Shown here piece by piece: positions 1-8,683 of a DNA stretch of 44,688 bases. Origin of the DNA: Yoonia sp. (GTDB lineage Bacteria; Pseudomonadota; Alphaproteobacteria; Rhodobacterales; Rhodobacteraceae); NCBI GenBank assembly GCA_047627695.1, contig JBLHTS010000001.1:1-44688 (forward strand). Direction: 5' to 3'. How positions within the stretch are numbered: the first letter of the stretch is position 1; each line of letters begins with the position of its first letter. A program made the translations under genes and the position numbers. The notes beneath the pieces were generated by a model. It searched no databases, had not been told where the DNA came from, and worked only from the letters and a program-made list of their open reading frames with translations.

Positions 1-651
1 CCCGCCAAAGTGGCCGCCATGGAAGGCAATTGGGAAACCGGCACAGGCGTGCCGTTGATCTTGTTCGCAATCCCTGACGAAGAGGCCCGCTAGAACAAGT
101 TTGAGATCGGGATTCCGAAACTCGCGTCCTTCATCCTGACCCACGACTGGAACGGCGAAGTCCAAGGCCTGAATGACTTTGTCACCGAAGACGGTGAAAT
201 CCTGCACCCGCGCGTGAATCCTGTGTTCTGGTCCTTCCGCGTGATGGTCGGCACAGGTTTGTTGATGCTGTTGGTGAGCTGGTCGGCGACCTATCTGATC
301 TTGCGCCGCAAGCGCGGTGTTGAAGGACTGCCCAAACCGATGCTCTATGCCCTTGTCGGGATGAGCTTTAGCGGTTGGCTCGCCACTCTAGCGGGCTGGT
401 ACACAACAGAGTTCGGGCGCCAGCCTTGGTTGGTCCACAGCGCGATGACAACCGAAGAAGCGGTCGCTGATGTACCTGCGCCTTTGGTTCTGTCGACATT
501 GATTGCCTATCTGATTGTCTATGCGGCTCTATTGTCTGCCTACATCTTTGTGATCTTCTACCTTGCCCGCAAGGCAGCACGCGGTGAAGAGATCGGAACT
601 CAGATCGCACCAACGCCAGCGGCTGGCCCCCGCGCCATGCCAGCGGAGTAG
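1..651 (+). pseudogene. cydA: Cytochrome bd ubiquinol oxidase subunit I, 3' part, interrupted by in-frame TAG at 91-93
   Basis: Frame 1 from base 1 reads PAKVAAMEGNWET...PDEEAR*NKFEIGIPKLASFILTH...FWSFRVMVG...TEFGRQPW. These are CydA motifs on both sides of the stop. cydB follows directly; the gene starts before the window. Confidence 0.85.
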
Positions 652-656
652 GTACA

Positions 657-1667
657 ATGAACTATTTTGGTGATCCAACTATTTGGCTGCCCTTCGTCTT
701 TGCGGGACTTATGGGCGCATCAATCCTGATCTACGTGATCTTGGATGGGTTCGACCTAGGTGTCGGCGTGCTTTCCCCGTTCGCGGAAGATGACGAAAAA
801 GACCGCATGATCGCGTCCATTGGCCCGTTTTGGGACGCCAATGAAACATGGCTTGTTCTTGCAGTTGGCTTGCTGCTGGTGGCGTTCCCATCGGCGCACG
901 GAACAATTCTGACAGCACTCTATCTGCCCGTTGCGATCATGCTGATCGGCCTGATCCTGCGAGGCGTGGCGCTCGAGTTTCGTGCCAAAGCACCAGCCCC
1001 GCATAAACGACTGTGGAACAATGCGTTCTTCATAGGCTCGCTAATGACCTCGCTTAGCCAAGGTTTCATGTTGGGCATGTATGTCATGGGGTTGGAATGG
1101 ACTTGGGTCAACTTTGCATTCGGGATGCTGACTGCTGTATTCTTGACTATGTGCTACAGTTTTATCGGGGCCACTTGGATCATCCACAAAACTGCGCACA
1201 CATTGCAAGTAAAGGCCGTTGCATGGGCAAGAGGCGGCATCTGGGGGCTTGTGTTGGGCATTGGCGCGGTCTCGCTTGCGACGCCCTTTGCGAGCACGCG
1301 GATTTTTGACAAATGGTTCAATTGGCCAGAAGCATTGTATCTTGCGCCACTCCCGATCCTATCTGTGCTGATCGTCTATTGGCTATGGGCGATGCTGCAA
1401 AGAATGCCATTTTCTGACGATCGCTGGTCTTGGTTGCCGTTTGCGGCAGCGACAGCATTGTGGGTGATGGCTTTTGGCGGGATGGCATATAGCTTTTATC
1501 CATATGTCGTCCCTGAACAGATAACGATCTATGAAGCGGCAAGCGCGCCGGAAAGCCTGTTTATTATCCTGATTGGCGCTTGCGTCGTGTTGCCGACGAT
1601 CATGGCGTACACTGTGCTATCGTACTTTATTTTTCGCGGAAAAGCGACAGAACTGCGCTATGACTAA
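657..1667 (+). CDS. cydB: Cytochrome bd ubiquinol oxidase subunit II
   Basis: LDGFDLGVG and IGPFWDANETW motifs, multiple TM helices, 5 bp after cydA. Confidence 0.95.
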   Translation: MNYFGDPTIWLPFVFAGLMGASILIYVILDGFDLGVGVLSPFAEDDEKDRMIASIGPFWDANETWLVLAVGLLLVAFPSAHGTILTALYLPVAIMLIGLILRGVALEFRAKAPAPHKRLWNNAFFIGSLMTSLSQGFMLGMYVMGLEWTWVNFAFGMLTAVFLTMCYSFIGATWIIHKTAHTLQVKAVAWARGGIWGLVLGIGAVSLATPFASTRIFDKWFNWPEALYLAPLPILSVLIVYWLWAMLQRMPFSDDRWSWLPFAAATALWVMAFGGMAYSFYPYVVPEQITIYEAASAPESLFIILIGACVVLPTIMAYTVLSYFIFRGKATELRYD

Positions 1668-1668
1668 A

Positions 1669-1694
1669 GTAAGGTGGGTTTAAACCCACCTTAC
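1669..1694. repeat. Perfect 26-bp palindrome GTAAGGTGGGTTTAAACCCACCTTAC (REP-like element or cydAB terminator hairpin)
   Basis: The sequence equals its own reverse complement and lies immediately after the cydB stop. Confidence 0.7.
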
Positions 1695-1707
1695 CGTCAG
1701 TTTCGGT

Positions 1708-1736
1708 TTGACACCCCTGCCCCCATTGCGTAATCG
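1708..1736 (+). promoter_or_regulatory. Putative sigma70 promoter of the tRNA gene
   Basis: TTGACA (1708-1713), 17-bp spacer, TAATCG (1731-1736), ending 14 bp upstream of the tRNA. Confidence 0.6.
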
Positions 1737-1750
1737 GACGCTCGTGGTTA

Positions 1751-1827
1751 GGCGCGGTAGCTCAGTTGGTTAGAGCGATCGACTCATAATCGATAGGTCG
1801 GGAGTTCAAGTCTCCCCCACGCCACCA
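1751..1827 (+). tRNA. tRNA with CAT anticodon, most likely elongator tRNA-Met
   Basis: Cloverleaf: acceptor GGCGCGG/CCACGCC, D arm GCTC/GAGC, anticodon arm ATCGA-CTCATAA-TCGAT, T arm GGGAG-TTCAAGT-CTCCC, encoded CCA. G1-C72 argues against an initiator tRNA; Ile2 is not fully excluded. Confidence 0.93.
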
Positions 1828-1948
1828 CCACTTTTCCCCACGTCGATTATTAACAGCGATTTCGCTGCCCAAAGCCACGCTTCGGGCGTTATTCACGCCA
1901 GCCGGGCAGTGCTTTCGTTCCGCCCCGACCCATGCAAAACTGGTTCCT

Positions 1949-2488
1949 ATGACCGATATCTTCAACTCCGCTAACATCACAACACCTCGGCTGCAGCTTG
2001 TGCCTTTTGCGGTGCATCATGCGCCCGCCCTCAAAGCGATCAATAATGAACCGCAGGTGATGGAATACTTGGCCAATGGCACCCCCGAACCCATCGACAG
2101 AACACTCGCCGCCATCGCGCGGGTTCGCGAACGCTGGCAACGACTTGGCTATAGCTGGTGGGCAATCATCGCGCGCGAAACGGACAGCGTGATTGGGGCT
2201 GCCTGCGTGCAAAACGTTGCCAACAAGGCGGCTACAGACCTTGAAATCGGGTGGCGTTTGACGACTGCAGCAACAGGGCAAGGCTATGCCACCGAAGCTG
2301 GAAAAGCCGCCGCCGATTATGCATTCGACGTGATCGGTGCCGCATATGTCATCGCTGTCGCCAATCCTGCCAACATCGCCTCTCACCGCGTCATGGAACG
2401 TGTTGGCATGACCCTGCGAGGGATCGAATCCCCCTACGATGAAGGCTGCACAACCTATGTGCTGCAAAAATATGACCGTTCCAGCTAG
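1949..2488 (+). CDS. GNAT family N-acetyltransferase (RimJ/RimL-like)
   Basis: TPRLQL start, LEIGWRL...GQGYATEA acetyl-CoA motif, NIASHRVMERVGM. Confidence 0.88.
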   Translation: MTDIFNSANITTPRLQLVPFAVHHAPALKAINNEPQVMEYLANGTPEPIDRTLAAIARVRERWQRLGYSWWAIIARETDSVIGAACVQNVANKAATDLEIGWRLTTAATGQGYATEAGKAAADYAFDVIGAAYVIAVANPANIASHRVMERVGMTLRGIESPYDEGCTTYVLQKYDRSS

Positions 2489-2553
2489 GAACGGCGCATC
2501 TTTCCCAACCATAAATTTCGCGCTAGCGTGCATCAACAAGTATACGAGGCACC

Positions 2554-3966
2554 ATGACCGTTCTCTCCCAAATCACCGCCGCTATCGGCGCAGCCCACGT
2601 GCTGACTGGCAGCGATGCCGCGCCTTATGGCAAGGATTGGACCGGCGCCTATACCTCTACCCCGCTGGCCGTTTTGCGCCCCGCCAATACGGCCGAAGTC
2701 GCGGCCATTCTGAAGATCGCGAACGAGACCAAAACGCCGGTCGTTCCAGCCTCTGGTCGCACCGGCTTGACCGGGGCCACGTTGGCGCAAGACGCGCTGA
2801 TGCTGTCCGTCGAACGCCTGAATGAGATCACCGACATCAACGCGACCGCCCGCACAGCGACCGTCGGTGCAGGGGTCATTCTTTCCAACCTTCACGATGC
2901 AGCAGAAGCCCATACCCTGATCTTTCCACTGACCTTGGGCGCGCGTGGATCTGCGATGATCGGAGGCTTGCTATCCACGAATGCAGGTGGGTCCAACGTT
3001 GTGCGCTATGGCAGCACGCGTGGCCTGTGCCTTGGGCTAGAGGTCGTCATGGCCGATGGTCGCATCATGAATTTGATGAGCGCGCTGCACAAAGACAATT
3101 CCGGTCTTGATCTGCGCAATCTAGTGATCGGGGCCGAAGGCACGCTGGGGATTATCACCGCAGCGGTTCTGAAATTGTGCCCTAAACCGCAAGCCTACGC
3201 TACCGCCATGGTCGCTGTGCCGACCTTGGCAGACGCGCTGACGCTACTGCACCGCCTGCAAGATGAAACTGGCGGCGGCGTCGAGGCGTTCGAGTATATG
3301 CCACGCAGCTATATCGACAAACACCGCCAGCTTTTTACGGATATACAGCCACCATTTGATGCCGCATATGACGTGAATATCATGATTGAAGTCGCCGCAA
3401 CGATGGCTCGCGATGCAGTGCCTAACACTGACGGCAGCATGCCTGTTGTCAGTGCGTTAGAAGAAACCCTTGGGCAGATGATGGAAGAAGGCACTGTTCT
3501 GGATGCTGTCATTGCGCAGAACGAAACCCAACGCCGCGCAATCTGGAAACGCCGCGAAGACGCAGGCGAAGTTGCCTTTTTCGGCGGCGTGTTCGTGAAT
3601 ACTGACGTGGCCTTGCCGCTTGATAAAATCGCCGCTTTCGAGGCAATGCTGACACCCCGCATCAAAGCGATTGATCCAGACGCCAGCGAAGTCATCGTGG
3701 CGCACTTAGGCGACGGCAACATCCACCACACCAGCTATATCAGCCGCAATGACCCTACCGTCATGGACGCCTTGGTCGAAGCGGTCGAAGATGTCGTGCA
3801 AGAGCTTGGCGGATCGTTCAGCGCAGAGCACGGGATCGGCGTTTCAAAACTGGAAACTATGAAGCGCCGCAAAGACCCTGTAGCACTCGACGCAATGCGC
3901 GCCATCAAGGCGGCACTTGATCCCAACAACATCCTGAACCCGGGCAAGGTGATCCCCGCGCGCTGA
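2554..3966 (+). CDS. FAD-binding oxidoreductase (D-2-hydroxyacid dehydrogenase / GlcD-like)
   Basis: GRTGLTG, IGGLLSTNAGG, GAEGTLGIIT, HLGDGNIH, SAEHGIG and LDPNNILNPGK motifs. Confidence 0.9.
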   Translation: MTVLSQITAAIGAAHVLTGSDAAPYGKDWTGAYTSTPLAVLRPANTAEVAAILKIANETKTPVVPASGRTGLTGATLAQDALMLSVERLNEITDINATARTATVGAGVILSNLHDAAEAHTLIFPLTLGARGSAMIGGLLSTNAGGSNVVRYGSTRGLCLGLEVVMADGRIMNLMSALHKDNSGLDLRNLVIGAEGTLGIITAAVLKLCPKPQAYATAMVAVPTLADALTLLHRLQDETGGGVEAFEYMPRSYIDKHRQLFTDIQPPFDAAYDVNIMIEVAATMARDAVPNTDGSMPVVSALEETLGQMMEEGTVLDAVIAQNETQRRAIWKRREDAGEVAFFGGVFVNTDVALPLDKIAAFEAMLTPRIKAIDPDASEVIVAHLGDGNIHHTSYISRNDPTVMDALVEAVEDVVQELGGSFSAEHGIGVSKLETMKRRKDPVALDAMRAIKAALDPNNILNPGKVIPAR

Positions 3967-3968
3967 TT

Positions 3969-4904
3969 TTAGAAGAAGTTTGGTCCGGCTTGAGAAAGCA
4001 GTTTCGCAGCCATAGCGCGGCCCATTTCTGGACCATCTTCGATCGCGCCACTGACGTCGTCGTTGTAAACTTCAGTCCCGTCTGTGCGCAGGATTTCCCC
4101 GCGCAGACGCATGCTTTTTCCGTCAAGTTCGGCCAAGCTGCCAATCGGCGTTTCGCATGACCCATCCAGATGCGCCAAAAACGTGCGCTCGGCCGCTAAC
4201 CGTTGACCGGTTGGGCCGTCATGGATCGCCTCTAGCATTGCAGCGGCACGGCTGTCATTGCCGCGCCGTTCAATGCCAATCGCACCTTGGGCCACCGCAG
4301 GCAACATATCTTCAGGGGCCACGGCAGTGCGCGGCACATCGTTCATGCCCAAACGGTTCAGGCCGGCCATGGCCAGAAACGTCGCTTCGGCCACGCCGTC
4401 ACCCAGTTTCTTCAGCCGTGTCTGCACGTTGCCGCGAAATTCCACGATGTTCAGATCAGGACGCTTTGCCAGTAGCTGAGAGCGACGGCGTAGCGACGAT
4501 GTACCGACTGTGGCGCCTTGGGCCAGATCATCCAGACTTTTGGCATTTAGCGACACAAACGCATCGCGCACATCTTCGCGCGGCAGATATGTATCGATCA
4601 ACAACCCGCCCGGTTGATCGACAGGCATGTCCTTCATCGAATGCACCGCGATGTCGATGGACCCATCAAGCAAGGCTTCTTCAATCTCGCGTGTGAACAA
4701 GCCTTTGCCGCCAATCTCTTTCAAAGGGAGGTCCTGAATGGCGTCGCCCATGACCTTGATCACGCAGATCGCAAAGGCATCTTGGGGCAAATCAAACGCT
4801 GCCATCAGCCGCGACCGCGTCTCGTGCGCTTGCGCAAGGGCAAGCGGCGAACCACGGGTTCCAATGTTGAAAGGTGAGGCGGGTGTCGGCATTAAAACAT
4901 TCAT
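3969..4904 (-). CDS. hemC: Hydroxymethylbilane synthase (porphobilinogen deaminase)
   Basis: IGTRGSPLALAQA, GGKGLFTREIE, AVHSMKD, GTSSLRR and GSCETPIG motifs. Confidence 0.97.
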   Translation of the reverse strand: MNVLMPTPASPFNIGTRGSPLALAQAHETRSRLMAAFDLPQDAFAICVIKVMGDAIQDLPLKEIGGKGLFTREIEEALLDGSIDIAVHSMKDMPVDQPGGLLIDTYLPREDVRDAFVSLNAKSLDDLAQGATVGTSSLRRRSQLLAKRPDLNIVEFRGNVQTRLKKLGDGVAEATFLAMAGLNRLGMNDVPRTAVAPEDMLPAVAQGAIGIERRGNDSRAAAMLEAIHDGPTGQRLAAERTFLAHLDGSCETPIGSLAELDGKSMRLRGEILRTDGTEVYNDDVSGAIEDGPEMGRAMAAKLLSQAGPNFF

Positions 4905-4918
4905 TAACTGGGTGTTAA
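4904..4918. promoter_or_regulatory. CtrA-box-like site TTAA-N7-TTAA in the hemC/hemE divergent region
   Basis: TTAA-CTGGGTG-TTAA matches the CtrA consensus spacing. Confidence 0.4.
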
Positions 4919-4998
4919 ACGTGTCAACCTAGCCTGACAACTCCCTTGACAACATCAGCTGCAATTGGGACCACAGGACCTGCAAAAAAGGACAACTT

Positions 4999-6033
4999 AT
5001 GGCGCTGCAAAAAACCATTATTCGGGCCCTCGCAGGCGAAACTTTACCGACACCTCCGATTTGGATGATGCGTCAAGCGGGGCGGTATTTGCCTGAATAC
5101 AAAGCCACCCGTGCGCAGGCCGGTGATTTCCTGTCGCTTTGCTATAATCCCGAACTGGCGGCAGAAGTCACCTTGCAACCGATCCGCCGCTACGGCTTTG
5201 ATGCCGCCATTCTTTTCGCAGATATTTTGCTGTTACCTCAGGCATTGGGTGCGGACCTTTGGTTTGTCACTGGCGAAGGGCCACGGTTGTCCACAATCAC
5301 GACGGCAGATGAATTGGCGCAACTGAAACCGCTTGATGCCATCCACGACACGCTGAACCCGATTTACGAGACGGTGAAAATCCTGTCGCGTGAATTGCCA
5401 AAGGAAACGACTTTGATCGGCTTTGCAGGTGCGCCCTGGACCGTTGCGACCTATATGATCGCAGGCCAAGGCACGCCGGATCAAGCCCCCGCACATGCGC
5501 TGAAGGCCGAAAACCGCCCTGTGTTTGAAGGGATCATGAACCGGATCACCGAAGGCACAATCGACTATCTATCAATGCAGATCGAAGCAGGAGCAGAATG
5601 CGTTAAGCTGTTCGATAGCTGGGCAGGGTCTTTGCAGGATGATGACTTTGTCGAATTTTCGGTCAAGCCGATGCAGCGCATCACGGCTGCTTTGAAAGAA
5701 AAGCACCCCGGCATTCCGATCATCGCCTTCCCGCGTGGTGCGGGCAAACGCAACATCGGCATGCATGCGGCCATTGGCGCTGATTGTATCGCATTGGATG
5801 ACGGTGTGGACGCGGTTTGGGCGGCAGAGAACGTACAAAAGGATGGCTGTGTGCAGGGCAACCTCAAGTCTTCGCATATGGTGACGGGTGGCGACACATT
5901 GGTGTCAGAGACACGCCGGATCGTTGATGCGTTTTCCAAAGGGCCACACATCTTCAACCTTGGCCATGGCATCACGCCTGATGCAGACCCTGCGAATGTG
6001 CAGTTGATGATCGACACTGTGCGCGGGGCGTAG
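4999..6033 (+). CDS. hemE: Uroporphyrinogen decarboxylase
   Basis: [28 protein letters not shown] and IFNLGHGI motifs. Confidence 0.97.
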   Translation: MALQKTIIRALAGETLPTPPIWMMRQAGRYLPEYKATRAQAGDFLSLCYNPELAAEVTLQPIRRYGFDAAILFADILLLPQALGADLWFVTGEGPRLSTITTADELAQLKPLDAIHDTLNPIYETVKILSRELPKETTLIGFAGAPWTVATYMIAGQGTPDQAPAHALKAENRPVFEGIMNRITEGTIDYLSMQIEAGAECVKLFDSWAGSLQDDDFVEFSVKPMQRITAALKEKHPGIPIIAFPRGAGKRNIGMHAAIGADCIALDDGVDAVWAAENVQKDGCVQGNLKSSHMVTGGDTLVSETRRIVDAFSKGPHIFNLGHGITPDADPANVQLMIDTVRGA

Positions 6034-6051
6034 ATTTTACGATGAATTAAG

Positions 6052-6080
6052 GTAGGCTCCTTTCAATGAAAGGAGCCTAC
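6052..6080. repeat. Inverted repeat GTAGGCTCCTTTCA-A-TGAAAGGAGCCTAC; the 3' arm contains the SD of the next ORF
   Basis: Perfect 14-bp arms; AAGGAG at 6070-6075 lies 7 nt before TTG at 6083. Confidence 0.7.
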
Positions 6081-6082
6081 GC

Positions 6083-6492
6083 TTGCATATACGGCTTACA
6101 TTTCGGCTGGTTTTTCACAGCTTTCGCGCAATCGTGCGGGCTGGACTGCTATTTCTTTGCGCGTGGCTACTCTTGATCCCCGCAAACCCATCCGAAATCA
6201 GCGCATTGGGCGCACGATCCGGCACGTCCTTTCCAGAAGGTCTGCGCCCGATGCGGGCAGCAAAAGCGATTGTCGCGTCGCCCCACCTTACACCTACACA
6301 TTGATCGCGCGCGTTATCGGGCCTTCGGCGCCCCCTATCGGTGTCGAGTTCATGATGGAACAAACGGCTGCAGGACGGCTGTTGCCGAGAACCGTCCAGA
6401 CAAACCCCGCACAACCAACAATCGTCCAGACAAACACAGACATAATCAGCAACCGCGACATCGTCGGGACGCTCTTTATCAAGGTCGATTAG
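6083..6492 (+). pseudogene. Small hypothetical protein with an N-terminal hydrophobic segment, apparently frameshifted near 6296-6301
   Basis: TTG start with SD. Frame A (MHIRLTFRLV...SPHLTPT) joins frame B (LIARVIGPS...LFIKVD*) if 2 nt are removed from the ACACA run. The joined ORF fills the hemE-hemF gap. Confidence 0.5.
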
Positions 6493-6493
6493 G

Positions 6494-7372
6494 TCAGACC
6501 CATTTCGCCAGTGGTGGCAGGCTCATAAGAACCGCGTTCGCGTCATGGCCTGTGGTCAGACCAAACTTTGTGCCGCGATCATAGACTAGGTTGTATTCGG
6601 CATATAGCCCGCGATGGATCAATTGCGTGTCCTTGTCTGCATCGCTCCACGGTGTGTTCCGACGCTTTTCGACCAACGGCACATAGGCAGGCAAAAACGC
6701 TCGGCCGATGTCTTGGGTCAACTCGAAATCCTTGCGCCAATTACCCGTGCAGTAATCATCCATAAAGATGCCCCCAACGCCCCTAGCACGATTACGGTGC
6801 GGGATATAGAAATACTCGTCCGCCCAAGCCTTAAGCCTGGGATAATGATCCTCGCCATGTGGATCGAGATGGGTTTTTTGAGTCGCATGAAAATGTGCGG
6901 TGTCTTCTGCATATTCGATGCAAGGGTTCAGGTCCGACCCACCACCGAACCACCACGCATGGGGCGTCCAGAACATGCGGGTGTTCATGTGGACCGCTGG
7001 CGCATGCGGGTTTTGCATGTGGGCCACCAATGAGATGCCAGAGGCCCAGAACCGAGGATCTTCGGCCATGCCGGGCACACCGCGCGCGGCCATCGCCTTT
7101 TGGGCCGCATCACCCAACTGGCCATAAACGGTCGAGATATTCACACCGACCTTTTCAAAGACGCAACCTCCGCGCATAACCGACATCACGCCACCGCCCG
7201 CGTCAGTACCATCGTCGGACGTGCGCGTCGTCTCGCTTACCTCAAACCGTCCGGCGGGCGCATCCCCTGCTTGGCTGTCTTCTAAGCCTTCGAATGCTGC
7301 GACGATTTCGTCGCGCAGGGTGCGAAACCATGCTGATGCTGTCTTTTTTTCCGCCTCAAAACCGTCTGACAT
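6494..7372 (-). CDS. hemF: Oxygen-dependent coproporphyrinogen III oxidase
   Basis: FEKVGVN, PAVHMNTR, WWFGGGSDLNP, RGVGGIF and YAEYNLVYDRGTKFGL motifs. Confidence 0.96.
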   Translation of the reverse strand: MSDGFEAEKKTASAWFRTLRDEIVAAFEGLEDSQAGDAPAGRFEVSETTRTSDDGTDAGGGVMSVMRGGCVFEKVGVNISTVYGQLGDAAQKAMAARGVPGMAEDPRFWASGISLVAHMQNPHAPAVHMNTRMFWTPHAWWFGGGSDLNPCIEYAEDTAHFHATQKTHLDPHGEDHYPRLKAWADEYFYIPHRNRARGVGGIFMDDYCTGNWRKDFELTQDIGRAFLPAYVPLVEKRRNTPWSDADKDTQLIHRGLYAEYNLVYDRGTKFGLTTGHDANAVLMSLPPLAKWV

Positions 7373-7472
7373 GCGTCGTTCCTATTTCTTGATATTGTAT
7401 ATCACCACGTTTTCACTTTTACGCACCTTACTGATCGCTTTACGATGATCCAGATCAAAACCGGAGAATGCC

Positions 7473-7859
7473 ATGCGCACTGCTTTCTTGATGCTTCCAC
7501 TTGTTGCTTTGGCAGCCTGTGCCACCCCGCGCGAGCAATGCATCAATGATGTGACACGTGATACCCGCGTCCTGAATGCCTTAGTCAATCAAACCCGTGG
7601 TAATATATCGCGTGGCTACGCGCTTGAGCAGCATCAACAGGTCCGGACTGTGCGCGGCACCTGCCGTGGACACAACGAAGACGGAACAAGGTTCTTGTTT
7701 TCATGTGAAGAGACAAACACCATCAACACCTCGACCCCTGTCGCTATTGATCTGAATGCGGAGCAAGCCAAACTGGCATCTTTGCAAGAACGCCTCGCGC
7801 AATCACAAACTGGTACAAATCAGGCGGTGGCGCAGTGTATCGCAATACATCCCAGCTAA
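7473..7859 (+). CDS. Conserved hypothetical lipoprotein
   Basis: SD GGAGA, lipobox LAAC, NISRGYAL, coiled-coil C-terminus. Confidence 0.8.
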   Translation: MRTAFLMLPLVALAACATPREQCINDVTRDTRVLNALVNQTRGNISRGYALEQHQQVRTVRGTCRGHNEDGTRFLFSCEETNTINTSTPVAIDLNAEQAKLASLQERLAQSQTGTNQAVAQCIAIHPS

Positions 7860-8663
7860 TTAATGCGCGGATACTGCCGCTGGGTCGATCAAAGTCCGAC
7901 CCCCGTCGACAGTAATAATCTGCCCCGTCACAAAGGCCGATGCATCAGAGGCCAGATACTGCACAGCATCTGACACCTCGCTCGGGCTTGCGATCCGGTG
8001 AAGCGGTGTGCCGTCGACAATGGCCTCGCGCACTTCGTCATGGTCCTTTAGCGCCCCCTTCAGGCTCGCGCTCATCACGCTACCAAATGCTACAGCGTTG
8101 ATGCGTATCCCGTGCGGCGCCAACGCCACCGCCATCGAGCGCGTCATTTGGTCCAATGCCGCCGAACTGACCGAATAGGCCAACAAATCTGGATGCGTCC
8201 GGCGTGCCGCAATCGAACTGATGTTCACGATTGACCCAAGGCTCCCACCGGTCGCACCGTCAGCTTGCTTGATCATGCGTCGCGCGACCGCTTGGCTGAC
8301 CCGCATCGCCGTTAGCGTATTTTGCTGCAACAATTCTTCGACAGATGTATCTTCAGGGTCCAGCGGGTCCGTTGTCATCACTTGACGTGATGCATTGACC
8401 AAGATGTCCACACGCTCGAAGGCATCAATCGTCGTTGATAAAAGATTGGTAATCGTCAGCTTCTTGCGCAGGTCACCAGCAAAAACGCGCACGTTTTCTT
8501 CTTTGTCTGCATCTTCGCCCATTTGGCGAAGCAGTTCCTTTTCATCCATATCGGCAAAGACGACATTCGCACCCATCTCGATAAAATGACGCCCGATCGC
8601 AAGACCGACACCGTTGGCGGCACCTGTGACAATCGCAGTCTTTCCAGTAATCGAAAATGACAT
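7860..8663 (-). CDS. SDR family NAD(P)-dependent oxidoreductase
   Basis: TGAANGVG Rossmann motif, NISS, GIRINAV, TGQIITVDGG. The catalytic YxxxK appears as YSVSS (atypical). Confidence 0.92.
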   Translation of the reverse strand: MSFSITGKTAIVTGAANGVGLAIGRHFIEMGANVVFADMDEKELLRQMGEDADKEENVRVFAGDLRKKLTITNLLSTTIDAFERVDILVNASRQVMTTDPLDPEDTSVEELLQQNTLTAMRVSQAVARRMIKQADGATGGSLGSIVNISSIAARRTHPDLLAYSVSSAALDQMTRSMAVALAPHGIRINAVAFGSVMSASLKGALKDHDEVREAIVDGTPLHRIASPSEVSDAVQYLASDASAFVTGQIITVDGGRTLIDPAAVSAH

Positions 8664-8683
8664 AAGGACGTTCCTTGGGCTGA

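Noticed and set aside
1751-2553. Genomic island integrated at the tRNA
   Set aside because: No integrase and no duplicated tRNA 3' end found; core genes resume immediately.
4914-4958. FnrL box at the hemC/hemE promoter (TTGACAACATCAG, GTTAAACGTGTCAA)
   Set aside because: Wrong spacing or a poor half-site relative to TTGAT-N4-ATCAA.
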